DNA of 64,000 nt from a virus (taxonomy: Duplodnaviria; Caudoviricetes): IMG/VR virus record IMGVR_UViG_3300033121_001571. One strand, 5' to 3'. Shown here piece after piece: positions 39,601 to 50,599 of this stretch. A program made the translations under genes and the position numbers. Under the pieces are notes generated by a model. It made no database searches and had not been told where the DNA came from. It worked only from the letters and a program-made list of their open reading frames with translations. Position 1 is the stretch's first letter. Every line of letters starts with the position of its first letter.

Positions 39601-42600
39601 TCCGTTCAGCCAGTGACGTCTTGCCAGCGTAGTGAAGAACTAACTCTCCAGTTTTGTAACTATTTCTAAGTGTTGTCATGTGATTAAAAACCAAAGATCC
39701 ATATCACGTTGGAATACTGCGGAAATTGTGTTGTAACTAAGTGAATAGGTGTGATACAAGTCACCGTACAGTGAATTTGTAGACGTGATCTTCAAGATCA
39801 AGAAAATTTCACTGTAAATTTCTAAAAATATCAGTTGACCAACTTTGAGTTTTGTGTGTTTAAGTTTCAACTGTCTTTAATAGATCGTCTCGAACAACGA
39901 GAATGATATTTGTGGTGTAAGTGATAAACAACACAGTTATAAGACACACAAACACCAATATTCTAGGGAGAAATCTTCAGTCATAATCACAACCAGGTGG
40001 CAATGGCGGAAACAAGCAGTCAGATCTAACACGCATATATCTTTTCTTAGACAGACAAAAGATCACAGAGTTACCACTCAAAGTGTCTGGTCCCAAATAG
40101 ATTGATGGTTGATCAAAGTGTAGCTGACACGACGCTTGAATGTTTGCCGGGATGTACTCCAGGTACACGATATCACCAAGAGAAAACTTGTGTCTACTCA
40201 AAGAACACTTTGTCGAGCGGGTAGAGACACGTAAGTGGAAAAGAACACACTGTGTTATCTGATACACAAAACACTTTGTAAAACTCATTCCTATATACTT
40301 TTATGTCCTTGTTGTTATCGATCTGCATTATGATGACTAGATAATGTGAAAACTCACTTTGCTCTGAACGTAAAAATGTTATCCATGGATGAGAAGTACT
40401 TGAGCAGGCTGCTCCGATAACACGGAACTCACCACAGGTTGGTTTTATCATGATCGCAACTTGTGTAGATGACAGTTTGAAACAAAAAAAGTTTGATTTT
40501 TACCATAGAAATCAAAGACTAACGAACCCGGCCAACGCGTGTTAGTGTTCAATATCAACACTATATTTGGACAACGTCGTCCGTTAAATACAACATCTGT
40601 ATTAACATCTGATCCCCAAACAACTATGTCTCCAACTTTCACTCTATACGCCTTTGTAAACTGTCAACTTGTGCAGATAACTGGAAAAAGCGTAGTGGAA
40701 CGTGTTGTCGTATATCGCTAACACTAAACATATGTTGTTGACAATCTCTAAGATTAGCACTAGATCAGAAATGTTAAATTTTTCAAGATCACTCTCAGAG
40801 AAGAACTCAGAGTCAACAGAAATAAAGTTCCAAACAACTATGTCTCCAACTTTCAACTTAGGCATCACTGCACAACAGCAACTGTCACTTTACACAAGTG
40901 ATGAAATGAATAGTAACGAACAGTGTAGGTCGGCAGGTGAATAGCTGCAACAACACTCTCAAGTATTTCTAATACTAACACCATGCCAGCGTTTTCTTCA
41001 CGTATACGTGAAGGTAAATCTCCATGCGAATAGTGGATGTATGCCAAATCTCCGGCTCTTATGTTTTTCACATTTCATTCTATCACTTAGAGAAAAACTT
41101 TTCACCCAAAGCGGTTTATGCTTTTTGCACTATCTCATTATCAAAATTAGAATTAGTCTGAATAGCGAACAATCACCAACTTGAAATTCATAGATCAGAT
41201 CAAGGATCTTTCAATAAAGGCATTCAACGAAGGTACAAAGTGTAATTCTTGGATCTTCAAAAATTGAATAGACGGTATGTTACTTTTAACATATAGACTT
41301 CCATCCACAATACAAAGAATGTTAACATATTGCTTGTTCTCTGAAAGAATAAGCACGAGGTTTCTGACAAAGTAATCTTTTACAAAAGGTGGAATTAGTG
41401 TTGTCCACAAAACAATCTCGCCGGGTTCAATGATCCTAGAGTGTCTGTCTTTCACTTGTTCTTCAACTCTGCGTACGTTGTTGTCATGCCACTTTTCAGT
41501 GCAACTTGAAAATATAACTCTTCTATTCTCGTTATCACCATTTTCACTCTTCAAGTCTTTCAGTGTGCGAATCGATCTTAACCAGGCAGCTCCCATTTTG
41601 AATAAGCTCAAAAACTTTTTTGTGTTCCAAACCCATAAGAAGCCAGTTGTTTAGTTTGTAGCCAAAAAACATAAAGACAAAATAGTGTTTAAACCAGTCT
41701 TTGTCTTCGAAGACATAGTTGCTTACTGGTTTTAGAGCTACAACACACAAGTCTCCGACTTTTATGTTTTTCATTTCGCTTAAATCGAAATGTCTTTGAT
41801 CTTTAACAGGTGATTTTAGTTATTTGATGCTTAACAACTGGACATCTGCCACCCGGAGGAAACAAGTATAAGACTTCACAATAAAGATCATTGACAATTT
41901 TAAGAATCATGACAACGTTCCTGCTAAAGTAACCTCTTGGAAAAGGTGAATCTAACGTTGTCCACAAGACTATCTCTCCAACTTCTATGTTCTGTTGTTT
42001 TTTGTCTCTCATTTCTTGAATAACCAATTTGTGCTTGACGTTACACCTTTGATGTTATTGCTTAAATAGCAAGTGTCATAACACTCTTCTCTACGCAGTT
42101 TGTGAAGATGACACAAAAAAACTTCTTTTACACGTGCTTTGCGTTTAGCGATGAGATTATTCAGAGATAAGACTTTACACTTGAGATCACCAACTTCAAT
42201 GACAAACACAAGTGCGTCAACAGCGTCCTTTACAGTTAGAGGAGAAAGATAGTGCAATGAAACTAGATCACCAGCTTTTATCATCTTACTTTGTTCTTAA
42301 GAGCAATAATGCACAATGAACTGATTAAATCGTCTGTCTTGAAACATCACTTAACGAAGATCACACTGTCAATAGAGTGCAACACTCTGTTGTACACAGA
42401 AAAAGTTTCGTTCCTCATGTCTAACACGAAGAAAAAAACGTCCGAAAGAGCATCCGGATCTTTACACAAGACCACAACTAGTCTACCGTGGAGATCTTCT
42501 GAGCAATTTGTCACGGGCGCTCCAGATGACAGCAAACACAAGTCTCCGACTTTGATCTCGTTATCTTTCATCTTTTGCACTTTTAATGGCTATCTCTTCA

Positions 42601-45600
42601 AGAGGGCGTAAATAACTTACGTACTCATTAAAAACCCTCCCGTGCATGTCTACTAAGACGCACCGACCGTTCTTCTTTTTACGCAAAAACATGACCAAAT
42701 ATTCAAAAACGAAATCTACTGTGATGAGGAACTTCCCGTAAGGAAACAACGCTACAACACACAAGTCTCCTGGTTTAAAGTGTTTCACAGCTCGTCAAAG
42801 TCAAACAAAGAGCGTGAAGCGACATACACAACTGAAGGTCTAAAATCATCTCTAAAATCATAGACTGGTCTACAACCGTCTCTAGGAACGTTCTCAAGCG
42901 CAGGACTCAACACGAGTATGCCTATTAGGCTGTCACGTACGTAGCGTAGCGAAGCGAGGACGGGACAGACGTCCAACACAAGAACTATCTTCCAGTCGCC
43001 AGTCGAACTGTTGATCCAACACATGAGTTTTCCAACGTCACTCTCTTTAACGATTGCTATGGGGAACATCTTTAAACTCATGACAAGGCAATCTTAACCA
43101 ACTTGTGACTCTTACGTCGTGGTTGCCACGATTTCACTCTGATCTTTGCCTCTGCACCCAGTTCTAAAAGAGAACACTGTTTTCTGTTGTTCTTGTAACC
43201 CAAGAAGACGTAGACGCAGTAGTAAAGGTGCCAAAATTCATCAAGTGAATCTCCGTGAGAGATGATGCACAAGTCTCCGATCTTGATCTCTTCACCGTTC
43301 ATCTCTTGAATTTCAGCCCAAACAAGCTCCACATCGATACAGTGTGTACTGTTCTATCATCAATCTTAAAGACTTTGTAATAAACACCGTATCCTGTGGT
43401 AACACTGATAATCATCACAATATCAGACATCTGAGGCCTTGCGAACTGCTGAGGTGTAAAGTAACACAAGTTACCCACCTTCAGACCCGAGCTGTCACTC
43501 ATATTGCACTTCACCAAACTCAAGCAAGAAATCTTTGTGCACTACTCTCACTTTGAGAGTGGCAGTGCACAGCACGATAGCACAACTGGTATCACTGTAA
43601 AAAGGGGGGAAAGTATAAGCTCTCAAAAAGACCACAACTCTCAACGTTGGGTTAGCCCAGAGCATCAAGCTTCCCGGGTCTATCTCTCTAGTTCTCGTGG
43701 TCTCGTTTTGAGAGTGTCGTCTTATCACAATCACAAGACTGTCCTAGATCAGATCAAACAAGTAAATCATGCTGACTCTGTACACAATGCGCTTGTTAAA
43801 AGAATACACAGTGTACAAGTCACTCTGATGGGACACACGTCCCAAGACAAACACAATGTTCCAATTTTGTCTATGGTCATGTGGAATCTCCTCGTCCATC
43901 AATTTTCCCGGGATTATCAGCATTTTCTTGTCCAATTTACAGGAACATTGTCAAGCGAGACAACGTAATTACGTACATAGACACCGACGTGGAGATTATT
44001 CAAATTTAACACGTAACAGAGTTCATAGTGATTTTTTTTGTGTTTCAACATGCCAAGATAAACACTGAGTGTCTTAGAGAGTTCATCGTTGCTAAAAGGC
44101 GGAACTTTGGTCCCTACGGAGACCACGCACAAATCTCCTACTTTGATCTCGTTATCTTTCATCTTTTGCACTTTTCTTAGTGTCTCCCAACGAACAACGT
44201 CACTCACTCTCGGCTGTCAACTGAAATTCAGTGTCAGACAGAGGGAAGTACTTGTGATAAATCTTCATAGTTGTGTCATGAAAAGTTTTCGTCAAGCGTT
44301 CAGAGAGCAAGAAAACTATGATGGAAACGTAGTCAGTGCTCTGTTTGCAAACACACAGAACAATCGCTAAGTTATCTTTGACGTACTCTCGAGAGATCCT
44401 CTGTTGAGGATCAACACGCTCGTCTTTATATCCAAACACCACAAGATCTCCCGGCTTGACCATGACTTTCACTCTTTGCTTTGAAGTGGGAGCTTAACAA
44501 ACTTCCAGTAAAAACGATCCAAGACTCTACGCACTTTAAAAATATTGTCTTCTATGTTAAGAAAACAGTAGTGTTTGTCAGAACCCTGTCGACCCAAGAA
44601 CACGTACACGTACCACAGCGATCGCCAATCTGGATCAGCGTTTGGATCATAGTCACGGTCAACAATCAAACACAAGTCTCCGACTTTGATGTTCTTGTTA
44701 AATTTCATCTTTTGCGATCTAGTTGATGATCACTCTGTGAATAGAGTGAACAACGCGGCGAAAGTGAATCACGACTCTTAATGTTGTCAAATCATATACA
44801 TAACACTTTTGCCAAGCACTCGACTGGGAGACTACAGTGCACAGATAGATCACAAGGCTATTATAAAGATCACCTCTCTGGATGTGTACTTTGTAATAGC
44901 CGTCGACGAGGTCTCTGCGTGCTACAACGCACAAGTCTCCTGGTTTGTGCTGATCGTAGTTCATGTCAGGATCTGACACACTAGCGTGGGAGCTTAACTA
45001 TCTGAAAGATCTTAGGGTTATAAATCGTACGCACCCACGCACCCTCTGTTTCCAAGATCAAAAGATTGAACTCACTCTTGTTGCTGTTCCAGCCCAAGAA
45101 GACACAGATCGGGTAACGCAAGTGCCAATCTCTTTGAAAAGCAGGACGTTCTCTTGCTCCGGTGCACAAGTCTCCCACTTTGATCTCTTGATCTTTCATC
45201 TTTTGCACTTTTCTTGGTAGTTTCCCACGCGTTACCCGATCTCGCTCAGTCTACAGTTCATCAAGCTCAAACAAGAGATCTACGTTTGCATAGAACACTT
45301 TGTGAGTCGACAGACAGAACACACGACAAGATTCAGACGAATAGATGTCATTAACTCTTGGATCGCTCAAGACAATCACAGTGCTCATGCTCAGTTCTGG
45401 TGTTCGAGGCGCGAGCATCAGCTTCCCTTTGGTGATCGCACTGACTCTGTCTGATCTTGAGACTCCGCTCTGAGAACGTCTGTTAACTAAGTCAAAAACA
45501 ATCTTTGAAAACACGGTGATTTACTCCAAGTCAGACAACTGAGCTGCTTTTGTTGTGAGCACTCTGCGAGTTTCAGTGCAGAACACTCTGTACAGACTGT

Positions 45601-45734
45601 CGTCAATAAAATCCAACACAAGAACAGTCGTTCGTGCGTGATCATAGTAAGACACGGTGCCTGGCTGACTAAACCAGCGCATACTCACCAGCTTTCCTCT
45701 AGCTATCGTTGTGATCAAACTTTGACCAGATTTC

Positions 45735-45905
45735 TGCTCGGGATTTTTTCTGCTCGGGATTTTTTGAGTGCTGCAGATCTGCGTACAACTTGACTTTGCT
45801 CGGGATTTTTTGAGTACAGCGTGTGAAAGCTACTTCTGACTTAACTTTGACCAGATTTCTGCTCGGGATTTTTCTGCTCGGGATTTTTTCTGCTCGGGAT
45901 TTTTT
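45735..45905. repeat. Iteron-like direct repeats TGCTCGGGATTTTT x6
   Basis: Copies start at 45735, 45751, 45797, 45860, 45875 and 45891. Confidence 0.92.
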
Positions 45906-46050
45906 GAGTGCGATGAGCCCTGGCGTCCTCTGCTCTCTAGTTCCCTAGAAAGGTTGCCAGACCCCACCCAGCCCCGGGGCCAAATATGGCCAAATATAAG
46001 GGGCCCCCTGTGGCTGTACACTGACACTAAAACAGGGGGCCTTTTGAGGG

Positions 46051-46380
46051 CTAATCTTCGTCCACTGCGTCCATGAAAGCATCGAAGTCTGGACCTTGAA
46101 CGCTGTACCAGCACGCGCCGTACACGAAGTCGAAGATCTCGAGACCCGTCTTCTTGCTCGTGTAAGAGACGCCCTTGACTGTCTCTCCAGCGCTCAAGTT
46201 GATCGTGACAGGGTTGTTCCTTCCGAACATCTTGGTCACTGGACGACCGTCTTCCCAGGTGTCGCGGGTGTACTGAGCTTCGACCTCGACGTCCTCTCCC
46301 AGCGTGCACTCGACGATCGCAGCACCAGAGTTCTTGAGATCTTCGAAGTGCTTCACGAACGCTAACTCTTTGTTCTTCAC
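46051..46380 (-). CDS. Hypothetical protein (leaderless promoter)
   Basis: GTGCAC-17-TACGTT-6-GTG start. Confidence 0.65.
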   Translation of the reverse strand: MKNKELAFVKHFEDLKNSGAAIVECTLGEDVEVEAQYTRDTWEDGRPVTKMFGRNNPVTINLSAGETVKGVSYTSKKTGLEIFDFVYGACWYSVQGPDFDAFMDAVDED

Positions 46381-46632
46381 GATCTCAACGTACCACGTTG
46401 TTGCACGCCGTGCACTGTAGTTCTCTGTGCAGAGAGTGCATATTGTTTCTCGACGTAGTATGTGTTAAAAATGCTCAAAGACCGATCTCATAACACTATT
46501 GGTGACGGAGTGTGGGCAGCAAGATCTCATCAAATCTCACTAAATAAACTTAGTGAATGTTCAAAAAGGGATCTTTGAAAGATCCCTTTTTGCGTTAGTG
46601 CATAATTTGTCTCAAGGTGATACAGTAACTCT

Positions 46633-47265
46633 ATGCCGATCATCAAGTCTCTCAGCGACAACGGTCCCCAAGTCGTGTTGTTCGTCGGGCGGGTCGTCCG
46701 GATCGAGACGGGCACCGAGACGCGGAACTGTTCGGACACTCTGGACTTCACCGACTTCCAGTCGGTGAACGTCACCTACGCTCTCGTCTACATCGACGAG
46801 ACGCTCGTTCCTCTCTCGAGCGCCGAGAGAGAGTACACCAAGTACGCTCGTCACGAACACGGTGACAAGTTCGTGCGGGTCGACTGCACGAACATGTTCG
46901 TCTGGCGTGGTTCTCCCAGCATGACGCCCGTCGTCGACGAAATGGAGTGTACGGTCTTCGCCTCTACGTGGAAGAAGGATCTCGAGACTCGAGACGCTCT
47001 GAAACTCGAGGCCGAAGTGAAGGCGCAGCAGCTCCAGGAAGAGCGGCGCCGACTCGCTATCGAGGAACACGCTCGAAAGCTCGCTAACGTTCCGGTCCTG
47101 GGCAAGCAGATGCGAGTCGCTCGCGGGCGCAAGGTCAAGGTCGGGACGGAGGGCACCGTAGCGTTCATCCGGGGTGACAGCGTCCTCCTGAAGGAGGACA
47201 CGGTCTGGCGTGACCGCAAGGCACAGGGCGTCTGGGTGCCCGCTTCGTACCTCGAAGCTCGCTAA
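46633..47265 (+). CDS. Hypothetical protein with a C-terminal KOW-like 'RGRKVKVGTEGTV' domain
   Basis: Leaderless promoter at 46598, downstream hairpin at 47283-47316, strong C/G third-position bias. Confidence 0.75.
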   Translation: MPIIKSLSDNGPQVVLFVGRVVRIETGTETRNCSDTLDFTDFQSVNVTYALVYIDETLVPLSSAEREYTKYARHEHGDKFVRVDCTNMFVWRGSPSMTPVVDEMECTVFASTWKKDLETRDALKLEAEVKAQQLQEERRRLAIEEHARKLANVPVLGKQMRVARGRKVKVGTEGTVAFIRGDSVLLKEDTVWRDRKAQGVWVPASYLEAR

Positions 47266-47538
47266 GTCATTCACTGTTGTTGTTCAAGAGTTGGTGGTTC
47301 CCCACCAACTCTTGAACTCATTTTGACACTAGAGAACCCGTGTCAACGCTCTGGAACTCCTCGCAAGTTAACGTTTTTCTCAAACATAGTAGATTCAGTC
47401 AGAGAGGAGGACTAACGAGCTGTGAAGAGATGGGAACATCCCAATCCGAAGTGGGACTGCGTCTGGAACGCATGGTTCATGTTCCGCGCTTCTCAGACTC
47501 TTCGCGAGGCTTCTTACTGGCTCAGCGAGTTCCAGGCC

Positions 47539-48024
47539 AGGCGGCGTAGGGTCAAGGGAGTGAACATCGCTGAACAAGTAGTTAGGATCTAAAACAGAGG
47601 AAACAGATCATGTCGCAACCCTTTTACCCCCTGCGAAACTGCAGAGGGAAGATCGACGACGCTGAGGGGGAAATCCGACGTGCCGTGTACCCGTTGGAGA
47701 TGTGGTTGGTCTACGACAAGGTCGAGCCCCCGTACTGGGAGATGGTGGAGATGTCGTCCACCCCCACCCTCACAGACGATCGTCGTGCAAGCGTGTACCT
47801 AACTCAGCGCGAGGGCGTCTGGCGAAGTGTGGCGTACGGGACGGGTCTTGTGGGTACCCACAAGACCTTACGGGAGGCCATGTTCTACGCCGAAGAAAAC
47901 GCGCGCGTTTTCTTCGACTGAAGAGTAGAAACAGGAGACATGGTTGAGGCGGCGTAGGGTCAAGGAGTGAACATCGCTGATCCGATAGTTAGAATCTAGA
48001 ACGGAGGAAACAGATCATGTCGCA
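47539..48024 (+). repeat. Duplicated ~78-bp promoter/RBS module (47539-47617 and 47947-48024)
   Basis: AGGCGGCGTAGGGTCAAG..GTGAACATCGCTGA...TAGTTAG.ATCTA.AAC.GAGGAAACAGATC-ATGTCGCA precedes two unrelated ORFs. Confidence 0.88.
47610..47921 (+). CDS. Hypothetical protein
   Basis: Promoter plus GAGG RBS. Confidence 0.7.
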   Translation: MSQPFYPLRNCRGKIDDAEGEIRRAVYPLEMWLVYDKVEPPYWEMVEMSSTPTLTDDRRASVYLTQREGVWRSVAYGTGLVGTHKTLREAMFYAEENARVFFD

Positions 48025-48241
48025 CCGTGCTCGAGTCTACCACAACATCGAGAGTCTGGCTCGTATCACCCACGCTCGCCGGGCTCGTCGTCGGTGGAAG
48101 CTCCACGTGGAGAAGCACGGGAACGTCCCTCTGGTCGACAAGTGTTCGATCTGTCGCGAGCACGACGCGAAGAGCACTCCGAGGCGCTACCTGGAAGGCG
48201 AGGCGCGCATTCCCAAGCGCGTCCGCGATCTCACGGAGTGA
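48017..48241 (+). CDS. Small basic hypothetical protein
   Basis: Promoter plus GGAGG RBS. Confidence 0.65.
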   Translation: MSHRARVYHNIESLARITHARRARRRWKLHVEKHGNVPLVDKCSICREHDAKSTPRRYLEGEARIPKRVRDLTE

Positions 48242-48272
48242 ATAGACGACCCAATTGGGATAGATTGGGTTC

Positions 48273-48632
48273 ATGAAGACCACCACCAAGAAGCGTCTCA
48301 CCAAGAAGCGTCTCGCCGAGTCCAGCATGGAAGAACTCGTGTGGGACCTGTGGAGTTCCTACTCGGAGTCGGACGTCGACGGCGTCTGTGGAGTTCTTCC
48401 CTGTTGGGGTCCCTACTCCGACGAGAACGGCGAAGATATCGATCAGGACAAGGCGCGTGAAACGTTGAAGGAGACGATCAGGAACAAGTCTCACCTCAGC
48501 GAAAGTGCACTCGACGATGTCCTGTTCTCGATCGAGGCGCTCCGGGAACGCACTTCCTACGACGAGCGATGGGTTGCGAAGAACGTGAAGAACTGGACGA
48601 TCATCCTTTTGGATGACCAGAAGTCCCAGTAA
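48273..48632 (+). CDS. Hypothetical protein (leaderless)
   Basis: GTGAAT(48238)-17-TAGATT-6-ATG. Confidence 0.7.
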   Translation: MKTTTKKRLTKKRLAESSMEELVWDLWSSYSESDVDGVCGVLPCWGPYSDENGEDIDQDKARETLKETIRNKSHLSESALDDVLFSIEALRERTSYDERWVAKNVKNWTIILLDDQKSQ

Positions 48633-49752
48633 AGTCCAAGTCCTAAACTCGACCTGAGTTAACATTCTCTCTGGTTGGGATATAGTTGTCTCAACCAGAG
48701 AAAAGGTCGAAACCCCCGCAAGGGGGTCGCACCGTCACGCGGTGCCTGACGAGACCTGAAGGTGAACATGAACCAGATTCTCAACGAGATCTTGTTTGGT
48801 CTGTTGCGCCGTCACGCTCCCGATCGTAAGCGATACCTCTTCTTGCGGATCGAAGATCCCTCTGGCGCGGTGACGTTCTCTGTCGTCCCCGTGGATGACC
48901 GCAGCGTTCACCCGATGCACATGATGGAGTCGATGATCGGGTGGCAGAACGATGACTGGGACGCTCAGGTGGCGCTCTCTCGTCGAGTCACCGTAGAGCG
49001 TCGTTCCTGACAGTCACTCTGCGAGATTTCTCGCGAAGAGCTTTCTCTGCAGTTTTTCTCTTCGCGTGCAAGAGGTACACGATGTAAGCGCGTGACCGTA
49101 TGAGCGCCGGGGCGAGCGACATGTCTGTGATTATCTGTTCGATCGCTCGAAGACGTGCCACGTAGCTCTGCCTCAGAGCGACTTCTATGTCCAAGAGATC
49201 TTGGAGATCTTGCTTGATGAAGCGCGAGACGTGGTACCAAAACTTCACTTTGTCTCCTTTGGTGTCACGTTTAGATCACTCCCACATCAGAGCACGCCAG
49301 ACTACGTCTGCGTACATGTACGCGATGAAGAATAGCACGAGGAACGCTACGAACCCACCGGGTTCATAACCTCCACGGAAGAATCTGTTTCTTGTGTCAA
49401 GAGGCTCCGCCAGCGGAGGTCCTGATCGAGATCCAGTTCCTGAGCCTCGAGCGAGAATCACTGCTTCCACCCAAACGCGGCCGCGACTGCAACCACTGCT
49501 GTGAGCAAGAAGATCCACGTCAGGACCACTCTGCGATAGCGAGCGTCTGCTCGCTCGTTCGCAGCAATGACTTCATCGAGTCCCATCAAAGGGCACGGTT
49601 CATAGGGAGCGATAATGGGCGGGGGTGGCGGAGCTCGTCTCCCGTAACGTCTCTTGTGCTCTGGCACTTTGTGGACTACGTACTCACAGTCTTCACAGCA
49701 CACGTGATCGCTAGAGCGAGACGTTGCCTCGCCACAGTGTCGACAACGTGCT

Positions 49753-50220
49753 TCAGTCATGATCCCATTCTTCGACTTTAAAGCCCTCCGCAGTCGCGAC
49801 GACGAGCACGTGGTCACCGAACACGTCAAGCAGGACTTCGTCACACCTGTAGCACGCGGCTTCGAGGGCCTCGAACTCCTTCACCAGCTTCTTCTCGGCG
49901 GGCGTACCCTTCTTGTGATCGAAGAACCCAGACGCGCACCCGTCACCGTGACAGTACTCTTCAGTGTTGTCTTTGAGATTGATGTCTGACCTGACCTGAC
50001 TGGGATCGATCTTCAACTCAAATGTGTTGACAGAGAACGTGCAGGCTTCTCCGTCGTTCCAGTACGGCGTGTACTGAGTCCACATGACCGCTTTGGCCAT
50101 AGGGTTCTCAGAGAAGAACTCCTTGAATGCGTTCTTAAGTACAGACTCCCCCTCGCGTATATACTTCTTGCGAGCCTCTTCGATTTCCTCCGCAAGCTTC
50201 TCCATCTTATTCGTTAACAA
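49753..50220 (-). CDS. Conserved phage hypothetical protein (WTQYTPYWNDGEAC motif)
   Basis: Motif-rich 155-aa ORF next to the DUF6915-like gene. Confidence 0.65.
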   Translation of the reverse strand: MLTNKMEKLAEEIEEARKKYIREGESVLKNAFKEFFSENPMAKAVMWTQYTPYWNDGEACTFSVNTFELKIDPSQVRSDINLKDNTEEYCHGDGCASGFFDHKKGTPAEKKLVKEFEALEAACYRCDEVLLDVFGDHVLVVATAEGFKVEEWDHD

Positions 50221-50245
50221 GCTCTTTGTCTCCTTTGTCTAGTGT

Positions 50246-50599
50246 CTAATCAATCTTAATGAACTTTGTGGGTGACTTCCGGCGTACGCCACCCATCCAG
50301 TCTTCCACTTTCATGTTCCTGAGCCACTTCTCAGGCGTGGGAATGAAGCCAAGATCTTCAATCACGTGGTCTTCACCCAAGTCTCTGACGCAGACTTTTC
50401 GTCCGTCACTGTTCGTGATCGTCGGACCAAACACGCGCTCGAGCACGAAGATGCCGAACGTGGAGTGAAGCAGAGCTCTGTGACGAGTGTCAGCGAGAGT
50501 CGCTTTCGACGAGTCGAAGAAATCGTGAACGGCTTGGTAGTCTTCCGGAACTCCACCGTACTTCTTGGCAGAGTTCTTCGCGTGTTGGTACGGTTTCAT
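50246..50599 (-). CDS. DUF6915-like protein
   Basis: HAKNSAKKYGG..DY..VHDFFDSSK...D.RHRALLH..FG...HV.ED.GFIP. Confidence 0.7.
   Translation of the reverse strand: MKPYQHAKNSAKKYGGVPEDYQAVHDFFDSSKATLADTRHRALLHSTFGIFVLERVFGPTITNSDGRKVCVRDLGEDHVIEDLGFIPTPEKWLRNMKVEDWMGGVRRKSPTKFIKID

Larger units (their letters stand above)
30472..45718 (-). other. Array of about 35-40 small paralogous KOW/SH3-like ORFs (60-130 aa)
   Basis: Overlapping-codon operon in which most ORFs begin (I/F/L)(K/R/N)(V/P/I/A)G(D/E/N)(L/I)(V/C). Confidence 0.75.

Noticed and set aside
30472-45718. Diversity-generating retroelement behind the paralog array
   Set aside because: There is no reverse transcriptase and no TR/VR pair with adenine-specific differences in the window.
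45735-45905. CRISPR array
   Set aside because: The repeats are 14 bp, mostly abutting, with no unique spacers and no cas genes.
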